DNA of 64,000 nucleotides from Candidatus Poribacteria bacterium (GTDB lineage Bacteria; Poribacteria; WGA-4E; WGA-3G). The stretch spans positions 203,043-267,042 of the forward strand of contig JAGWBV010000003.1 in the NCBI GenBank assembly GCA_021295715.1, written 5' to 3'. Each line of letters opens with the position of its first letter. Position 1 is the stretch's first letter. The notes under the pieces are model-generated. The model was not told the origin of the DNA. It did not search any database and saw nothing but the letters and a program-made list of their open reading frames with translations. The translations under genes and the position numbers were made by a program. Shown here piece by piece: positions 57,430 to 64,000 of this stretch.

Positions 57430-58026
57430 TTATCGCAATAGGGCGACCGCTTTTTTTAATGCTGCTGTGTCTACCTTTATTTTTGCGATCTCTGCTTCGC
57501 GTTGAACATAGGTGAGCGTATGCGTCGCACTCATTGGGGCGGCAATGTCTTGAACGATCTTATGGAGACGTTTCACATCGGCTTTCTTGATGCCGGTCTG
57601 TGCTTCGATGCGGGTATGCAGCGCGGCTGGCGTTTCTGGAGTTTCTGGCTCTTCAACGGGTGCTGCACGTTTGGAAGGTGCTTTACTATTTTTGGTCTTT
57701 GATTTCGCTGTGGTAGAAGTCGCTGTTTTCGCACGGCGGGTTCGTTTCCGAGATGTCCCTTGTTTGGAAGTCTGAATTTTCCCTGTCTCCAGTGATTTGA
57801 CCCCACACTCCTTACACAACTTCGCTGTGATATCAGCCAAAGTCATCGTTACAATTATTTCTGTGATTGCGCCACAGAGCTCGCATTCGTCAAGGTTTTC
57901 GATGCTTGTAAGGATCTCGGCGTGTATTCCGAGCATCTTTTCTTTGTCGGTTTTTGTCTGCTTCTCTTTCTGACAGAGTGCGATGAGTTTCTGTGCTGCT
58001 TTTTCGATTGTGTCTAAATGTCCCAT
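57430..58026 (-). CDS. hypothetical protein with CxxC...CxxC zinc-ribbon and Lys/Thr-rich low-complexity region
   Basis: CELCG ... CKECG pair. The likely start is ATG 58026. Confidence 0.45.
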   Translation of the reverse strand: MGHLDTIEKAAQKLIALCQKEKQTKTDKEKMLGIHAEILTSIENLDECELCGAITEIIVTMTLADITAKLCKECGVKSLETGKIQTSKQGTSRKRTRRAKTATSTTAKSKTKNSKAPSKRAAPVEEPETPETPAALHTRIEAQTGIKKADVKRLHKIVQDIAAPMSATHTLTYVQREAEIAKIKVDTAALKKAVALLR

Positions 58027-58261
58027 GTTGTCCCCCAAAGATGTAAGGCACGGTGACCTCAAGGCAAGATATTTTAACAGCAAGTTTTGGCTTGCAAGCT
58101 GCGCCAAAATTTGAACATTACTTGTAGGTGAGATTATTATGTCTCAATGGCATCCGTCACTCCCCTAAAACCGAACGCTAAGTTTGCAACAACGGCGCAG
58201 GCATCCCTTAAGAAAGGCACTTCAAAGTTTTAACCTACGTCGTTTAACTACTAAGGTAAAA

Positions 58262-59848
58262 TTAAAAAGTTTGCGACGCAGCAACGCGGACTTTGTCTAT
58301 ATAGAGTTTATACTCGAAACTATCTATGAGTGCCTCGCAACTTGCGGAAATAATATTCTCTGAAACACCGACGGTACTCCAAATCCTTTCACCATCGCCC
58401 GCTTCAATTAATACCCGAACTTTTGAACCCGTGCCAGCCTTCGTATCCAACACCCGAACTTTATAATCTATGAGTCGAACCGTCTGGAGGGCAGGATAAA
58501 ACTGCTCAAGTGCCTTTCGGAGTGCGGTGTCAAGGGCATTGACGGGACCATCTCCATCAGCGGCAGTGTGTGCGGTAAGCCCGTCTGGGGTTGTGACTTT
58601 TATAGTCGCTTCGGAACGCATCGCGAAGTCGCTGAACTGTTCGATAATCACGCGGAAACCGACAGGTTCAAAGAAGGCTTTGTACGCATTGAAAACCTTA
58701 TGCGTCAAGAGTTCAAACGAGGCTTCGGCGGCTTCGTATTGGTAGCCTTCCTGTTCCGCTGCTTTGAGGCGTTTGAAGAGTTCCAGTACCTGCGGTGAAT
58801 CCTTGTCGTAATCCGGGTACTCCCTCTCGATTTTCTTCATAATAGTGCCGCGTCCGGCTTGATCGGAAACCAGAATTCGTTGTGTATTGCCGACTGTTTC
58901 CGGTACGACATGTTCATAAGTGAGACGGTTTTTACGGATGGCATCGGTATGTAAACCGCCTTTATGCGCAAAGGCGGAACGTCCAACGTAGGGTTGACGT
59001 TCGTCATGCGGGAGGTTCGCCAATTCACTGATGAGTCGGGAGACGCGTGTTAACGCCTGCAACTGCGTATCACTGAGGGACTTTATTCCGAGTTTGAGTT
59101 GAATTGTAGGGATAATGGCGGCGAGATTCGCGTTTCCGCACCGTTCACCGTAGCCGTTGAAAGTGCCTTGTATATGGGTTGCGCCTGCCTGCACGGCGAG
59201 CACTGAGTTCGCGGCACCCATTCCTGCGTCGTTGTGGGTATGGATACCGACAGGCAATGACAGATCGGAGAGGACGACTTCAACACCTTCCTGAATTTCT
59301 AAGGGCAATCTGCCGCCATTCGTATCACAGAGGACGAGGCAATTCGCGCCACCAGCGGCAGCGGCTCGTAGCGTTTCCATCGCATATTCAGCATCGTCGG
59401 CGTAACCATCGAAAAAATGCTCGGCATCATAGATGACCTCACGACCATTTTCCACGAGATAACGGACAGAACTCTCAATTAATTCTAAGTTCTCCTCAGC
59501 TGTGACGCGTAGGACATCAGTCGCATGAAGTCGCCAACTTTTTCCAAAGATCGTTACAATTCTTGCCCCTGTATCCAGCAAAGCGGTTAGATTTGGATCG
59601 GCATCGGCGGTATAGGTGGGATAGCGCGTGCTACCGAACGGCACGATGGTTGCCGTTTCGAGCGCCATGCCTTTTGCCCGCTTGAAAAATTCTATGTCTT
59701 TTGGATTGGAGCCGGGATAGCCGCCCTCAATATAGCGAATGCCTAACTTATCCAATGCCTCTATGATGATGAGTTTATCTTCAACAGAAAACGCCACGCC
59801 TTCTGCTTGGCTACCATCCCTGAGTGTCGTATCGTAAAATTCAACCAT
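58262..59848 (-). CDS. cimA: citramalate synthase / 2-isopropylmalate synthase family (CimA-like)
   Basis: N-terminal TTLRDGSQAEGVAFSVEDKL DRE-TIM metallolyase motif, a HTHNDAGMG (HxH) motif, and 528 aa with a C-terminal LeuA-dimerisation-like domain. Confidence 0.75.
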   Translation of the reverse strand: MVEFYDTTLRDGSQAEGVAFSVEDKLIIIEALDKLGIRYIEGGYPGSNPKDIEFFKRAKGMALETATIVPFGSTRYPTYTADADPNLTALLDTGARIVTIFGKSWRLHATDVLRVTAEENLELIESSVRYLVENGREVIYDAEHFFDGYADDAEYAMETLRAAAAGGANCLVLCDTNGGRLPLEIQEGVEVVLSDLSLPVGIHTHNDAGMGAANSVLAVQAGATHIQGTFNGYGERCGNANLAAIIPTIQLKLGIKSLSDTQLQALTRVSRLISELANLPHDERQPYVGRSAFAHKGGLHTDAIRKNRLTYEHVVPETVGNTQRILVSDQAGRGTIMKKIEREYPDYDKDSPQVLELFKRLKAAEQEGYQYEAAEASFELLTHKVFNAYKAFFEPVGFRVIIEQFSDFAMRSEATIKVTTPDGLTAHTAADGDGPVNALDTALRKALEQFYPALQTVRLIDYKVRVLDTKAGTGSKVRVLIEAGDGERIWSTVGVSENIISASCEALIDSFEYKLYIDKVRVAASQTF

Positions 59849-60146
59849 GTTATTTTCACAGCAAGTTTTGGCTTCCGCTTTTGAATATACGCTTACAAGC
59901 TTCGCCCTACAACGCCAAAATTTAGCGTCTCCTTTTATTATTTTTATGTCGTAATTTCTGCTAATTTACCTTATGATATTTTAACACATCTCAGAGCAAA
60001 AGTCAAATTTTGTCTGTGTTTTACGGAGTGCTGATGGGAAAGTAAAAGCCTTGTGCTGCGTCCATTCTGAACCCCTGAAATCAGCATATATAGTTATAAT
60101 CCGTTTGTATTTTGATAATTCACTCAAATGTGGTACTATAAAAAGT

Positions 60147-61439
60147 ATGAAGACCTTTGCTATCTTTCTATTTTGCGGTGCGTTGTTGTTCTCAGGCTGT
60201 GGAATCCTCACTACCAAGCCGATTCAAACTGAACCACCGATACCCTCTGTAGACCCGATTGAAAGACTACAGACCGATATTGATGCCGTTTTGCAAGAAG
60301 AGTTGTTCACGAATGCAAGTATCGGTATCAAAGTGGTTACTGTTGAAACAGGGGAGGTGATTTACGAAAAAAATTCCCATAAGTTACACCATCCCGCCTC
60401 TACAACAAAACTCTTCACAGCAGCGACTGCCTTAGCGAAATTGGGGTCGGACTATCAATGTGAGACCACACTCTATGCTGATGCCATTGTGAGGGGTGAA
60501 GTCTTAGGGAATATCTATCTAAAAGGTAGAGCTGATCCGGTGCTCCAACCCCAAGACATTGCCAAATTAGGTGATGCCTTGCTGCAAGCGGGTGTGAAGT
60601 CAATACAGGGGAACATCGTTGTCGATGAAACATATCTTGATGCCATTTGGGAGGGTCCAGGGTGGATGTGGGACGATAGACCGCTGTGGATCAACGCGTT
60701 GAGTATCCGAGAAGTCGAACCTGATGCAAGCAAAATGAGTAGGGCACTCGCCTGCGGACACCTCTTGAAAACGACGTTGATGGAAAAAGGCGTTAACGTC
60801 ATAGGTAATGTAGTGTCAGGAACAGTCTCGTCAGAGGCACACACTGTTGCCAAGCACCTATCACCGCCACTTGCTGACATCCTCAAGTTAATGAACAAAC
60901 CGAGTGACAATTGGACTGCCGAACTGGTTTTCAAAACAATTGGTGCTGAGGTAATGGGTGAACCGGGGACGTGGAAAAAGGGTAGAGACGTTGTTGCTGG
61001 GTTTTTAGCAGAAATCATGGACGAACCGCCGATGCATCGGTTCGTTGACGGATCTGGACTTTCTCGTTACAACCTCCTCAACGCCGAATTACTCACGAAG
61101 TTGCTCGTCTATATGTATCACAATTTTGAGGTGATGCCGGAGTTTTTGGCATCGCTTCCGATTGCGGGTGTCGATGGCACCCTGAAAAATAGGATGCAAG
61201 GTATGTCTGCTGAGAAGGTATTGCGTGCGAAAACGGGGACGTTGAGTGGTGTTTCTGCACTCGCTGGCTATACTGTGACAGCAGACGATGAGGTGTTTGC
61301 GTTCGGGATCCTCATCAGTCATTATGTTGGTCCAGCAAGATTGGCGCGAAGTATCCAAGATAAGATTGGGAATTATTTGACAGGGTTTAATCGCCATCCG
61401 GTGAGTAACGTTAGCAGTAAACCCTCCCAAGACGAATAG
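60147..61439 (+). CDS. dacB: D-alanyl-D-alanine carboxypeptidase/endopeptidase (PBP4, peptidase S13)
   Basis: Lipoprotein-type signal (LLFSGCG), SxxK (ASTTKLFT), SDN (PSDNWTAE) and KTG (AKTGTLSG) motifs. Confidence 0.8.
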   Translation: MKTFAIFLFCGALLFSGCGILTTKPIQTEPPIPSVDPIERLQTDIDAVLQEELFTNASIGIKVVTVETGEVIYEKNSHKLHHPASTTKLFTAATALAKLGSDYQCETTLYADAIVRGEVLGNIYLKGRADPVLQPQDIAKLGDALLQAGVKSIQGNIVVDETYLDAIWEGPGWMWDDRPLWINALSIREVEPDASKMSRALACGHLLKTTLMEKGVNVIGNVVSGTVSSEAHTVAKHLSPPLADILKLMNKPSDNWTAELVFKTIGAEVMGEPGTWKKGRDVVAGFLAEIMDEPPMHRFVDGSGLSRYNLLNAELLTKLLVYMYHNFEVMPEFLASLPIAGVDGTLKNRMQGMSAEKVLRAKTGTLSGVSALAGYTVTADDEVFAFGILISHYVGPARLARSIQDKIGNYLTGFNRHPVSNVSSKPSQDE

Positions 61440-61731
61440 GAATAACTTGAGCATATACTTTATCAAGGCAATTCTCTTGCTATCTGGGTTTTCACGTGGT
61501 ATAATATTAGCGATTTTGAGGGACAGATCTAATAAGATACTAAAGTTTGGACAATATTTCAGAACTCAAGCTGCCTTGTCAAAAGGCAGCGTCCTATCTT
61601 TTTGAACACAGGTGTTAATATTCTGCGAGTTTGTATTTTCAGGGGAACTCGTAGAAAATCCGCACGCCCGGATCTGTGCCTGTAGATAAGCGACTCGAAG
61701 CCCTTGTGTGAGTTTCTTGGGGTGATACCAA

Positions 61732-62081
61732 TGAATACCGAGGAACTCACAGACGGTCTTGACGGTTATCGGTTTTTCCGTCGGGGGTGGCAGTGTGAAG
61801 ATGAGTTTCGTGAGACTCGCTGCAGTGAAACTCAGTTGCACGAAGCGATTGATGCTTTTTCGAGATTTCACCTGATACCCGCTGAACCCGAAGTGTTGCT
61901 TGACGTCTCGAAAGGCGGTCTCGATCTGCCACCTGTGTTGATAGTATTCAATGATCTTTGGTATCTCGAGCGTCAGGTCTGTTGTAAAGACGAGGAAATA
62001 CCGATAGGGTTTCCAACGTTTCGGTGTAATTTCACCATCGGCCGTGCCAGCGGTTCCGCTGCTGGTATTCCAAAAACATAG
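61732..62081 (+). CDS. hypothetical protein
   Basis: ATG 61732 is the first in-frame Met with a plausible context. No family was recognised. Confidence 0.3.
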
Positions 62082-62119
62082 CAGTTTTTAATTCAACAAA
62101 CACACTACATGGCGCTTTT

Positions 62120-62440
62120 ATGCGAATTGTTAGAGAAAATGAGTTAGCGAAATTTGCAGAGCGACATCCAAATACTCGTGCCTCCCTCAACCATTGGGCA
62201 CAATTGATGAGAGAAGGAAGTTTTGAGTCGATTATTAACTTGCGTGAAACGTTCGGACGCGTTTCACCAGTGAAGGTCCGTCCCCGAAGGTTTAATCGCA
62301 AATCGGTAACACTGACGGTTTTCAATATTAGTGGCAATGATGCCCGCCTCATTGCGGTTGTACAATACACGAAGCAGGTTGTGATTATCGATCAGGTGCT
62401 AACGCATAATGAGTATGATACAGGAAATTGGAGAAAGTAA
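62120..62440 (+). CDS. higB: type II toxin-antitoxin system HigB (YgjN) family toxin
   Basis: MRIVRENELAKFAERHP ... VFNISGNDARLIAVVQYTKQVVIIDQVLTHNEYD aligns along its length with E. coli HigB/YgjN (MHLITQKALKDAAEKYP ... VFNVGGNELRVVAMV ... IREVMTHKEYD). Confidence 0.8.
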   Translation: MRIVRENELAKFAERHPNTRASLNHWAQLMREGSFESIINLRETFGRVSPVKVRPRRFNRKSVTLTVFNISGNDARLIAVVQYTKQVVIIDQVLTHNEYDTGNWRK

Positions 62441-62443
62441 ATC

Positions 62444-64000
62444 ATGTTGACTGAAAAACCTCCTATACAAAATGTATCGCCAACACCAACTTCTTTGGGA
62501 CTTAACGTCCTATTTGAGAAAACAGACATTAGTGTGTTCCTCCAAAAGCAAACAATTGCTGAATTCAGTTCTGAACATCTACAAACACTAATGTGGGAGA
62601 ACGCCCCTGAAATTCCGATGCCATCTTCCGAACCGGCGCAAGCATCAGTACAGCAACAGATTGAATCCGGTCCATACTCGGAGAGCGACTACCAATGGCT
62701 TGTGGAGATCCTTGAGGGGTTAACCGATGTAGCGAATCGGAATGCCAATAACAGTTTCACTACACTAACCGAAACTGACTACGAGCAACTTGATGCAGTG
62801 CTAAAAGAGTTAATCTATGTCGTTGGTGACGATGAAAAGCATCCCTTGGCACCATTAATGGATTTTATCGGTATCCTTATCACGAAATATGAGGACGAAC
62901 ACTTTCAAAAATTAACAGATCTGTTTCCTGAACTCACAAAAAATATAACATCAAATGACACAAAAATTGAGGATCGAAAAGAAAAATCCACGACCAAGGT
63001 CTCAGACAAATCCACAAATACTCTTGCCGCAGCGGCTTTTTTTTCTATCGGTAACCTTTTTTTGGAAGGAGATAAGAGAGAAGAAGCAATTCTCGCCTAC
63101 CATCAGTCAATTCGGCTAAAACCTAATTCTGCCGAAACCTACTACCATCGTGGCGAGGCAAAATACTTGCTTGGGAAGTATGAATCTGCAGCTGCTGACT
63201 TCGATGAAGCCATTCGGATTAACCCAACTGATCCTTATGCCTATCTTAAGCTCGCCAATGTAAAGTGCGCGCTGAGTCAATATAAGGCTGCTATTGCTGA
63301 TTTTGACAAAGTTATCCAATTGAATTCAGATGAAGTTTGTGTTTACTTTGCTTATCTGATGCGTGGTTGTATAAATAGGTTACTGGGTCAATATAAGGCT
63401 GCTATTGCTGATGCTGATGAAGCCCTTCGATTAAATTTGGATGATCCTTCCGTCTATCTTGCTTACGCCACTCGCGGTGGGGCAAGGAATGCCCTCAAAG
63501 AATATGAAGATGCTATTGGTGATTTTAACGAAGCTCTCCAGTACAATGCAGATGATGTTGCAACTTATGTTATGCGTGGGCACGCGAGAGCTGCATTAGG
63601 TCAACATAAGGCTGCTATTGCTGACTATGACGAAGTAATATGCCGCAAGTCAGATGATGCCTATGTTTACTTTAGGCGAGGACTTAGTAAGTTAATCAAA
63701 AATATGTTTGAAACTGCCATTGTTGATTTTGATGAGAGCATTCAACTCAAGGTAGACGATCCCTGTGCCTACCTTATGCGAGGAACAGCACAGTTCATAA
63801 GGAAACAATACGACGCTGCTATTGCAGATATCGACCAAGCCATTCGACTAAAACCTGATTCTGCTCTAAACCATATAGGCTTTGCCTACACTATGCGAGG
63901 AGGTATAAAATTCATGAAAGGTCAATATAAGATTGCGATGGACGACCTTGATAAAGCTATTCAGATTAAATCCGATCCTTCTCTAAACCATATAGATCTT
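62444..64000 (+). CDS. partial (3'-truncated by window) protein with a HigA N-terminal-like domain followed by at least 9 TPR repeats, encoded 4 nt after higB
   Basis: Open frame from ATG 62444 to the window end (absent from the ORF track because no stop). DYEQLDAVLKELIYVVGDDEKHPLAPLMDFIGILITKYEDEHF resembles the E. coli HigA/YgjM N-domain (EEQYTQALELVDHLLLNDPENPLLDLVCAKITAWEESAPEF). From about residue 200 onward there are TPR units (AILAYHQSIRLKPNSAETYYHRGEA ...). Confidence 0.6.
   Translation, partial: MLTEKPPIQNVSPTPTSLGLNVLFEKTDISVFLQKQTIAEFSSEHLQTLMWENAPEIPMPSSEPAQASVQQQIESGPYSESDYQWLVEILEGLTDVANRNANNSFTTLTETDYEQLDAVLKELIYVVGDDEKHPLAPLMDFIGILITKYEDEHFQKLTDLFPELTKNITSNDTKIEDRKEKSTTKVSDKSTNTLAAAAFFSIGNLFLEGDKREEAILAYHQSIRLKPNSAETYYHRGEAKYLLGKYESAAADFDEAIRINPTDPYAYLKLANVKCALSQYKAAIADFDKVIQLNSDEVCVYFAYLMRGCINRLLGQYKAAIADADEALRLNLDDPSVYLAYATRGGARNALKEYEDAIGDFNEALQYNADDVATYVMRGHARAALGQHKAAIADYDEVICRKSDDAYVYFRRGLSKLIKNMFETAIVDFDESIQLKVDDPCAYLMRGTAQFIRKQYDAAIADIDQAIRLKPDSALNHIGFAYTMRGGIKFMKGQYKIAMDDLDKAIQIKSDPSLNHIDL

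Noticed and set aside
1-64000. Transposase, integrase or phage genes adjacent to the repeat elements
   Set aside because: None of the ORF-track translations shows DDE, tyrosine-recombinase or serine-recombinase motifs. The repeats appear non-autonomous.

Overview
This is a 64-kb bacterial chromosomal segment with roughly balanced GC. It is gene-dense on both strands, Shine-Dalgarno (GGAGG-type) sites are common, and some ORF-track starts are TTG or GTG. I found no CRISPR array, rRNA, transposase or integrase. The gene content suggests an uncultivated aerobic heterotroph, but that reading is an inference.

- **Core content:**
  - An 11-cistron NADH:quinone oxidoreductase operon, nuoA-B-C-D-H-I-J-K-L-M-N, on the minus strand, with no nuoE/F/G.
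  - tRNA-Glu(CUC) and tRNA-Gln(CUG) on the minus strand.
  - Enzymes: fdhD, two Zn-dependent alcohol dehydrogenases, a Gfo/Idh/MocA oxidoreductase, a sugar-phosphate isomerase, nagA, two enolase-superfamily enzymes, four phytanoyl-CoA dioxygenase (PhyH) paralogs, a sulfatase, endonuclease V, MazG, a class I aminotransferase, citramalate/isopropylmalate synthase, PBP4, a ThuA-like protein and a GalE-like epimerase.
  - Secreted LamG and FG-GAP/ASPIC proteins, and TPR proteins.
- **Main noncoding observation:** A modular intergenic element occurs at least 9 times. Its start-proximal box, CCGCAAGGTAAAATTAAAAT, is fused directly to the ATG of the downstream gene. Five of the copies sit between nuo cistrons. 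Distal to the box are a GC hairpin module and 7-nt periodic (CTGAYNN)n repeats.
- **Other noncoding features:**
  - A MITE-like element with perfect 20-bp inverted ends.
  - A REP-like hairpin family.
- **Accessory locus at 39.3-46.0 kb:**
  - Two tandem paralogs carry an RNA-polymerase alpha C-terminal-domain-like module.
  - Downstream is a decayed island: a frameshifted and truncated N-terminal fragment of a type IIG/BREX-like methyltransferase, a nucleoside-deoxyribosyltransferase/SLOG-like gene with an in-frame TGA, a DUF2188 gene, and a truncated HATPase_c_4 gene.
  - A Rossmann-only DprA-like gene is translationally coupled to a PhyH dioxygenase.
- **Window end:** A HigB toxin gene is followed 4 nt later by a long ORF that joins a HigA N-terminal-like domain to TPR repeats in place of the usual HTH.
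- **Uncertainty:** All functional calls rest on reading translated motifs by eye and on family knowledge. No database search was run.
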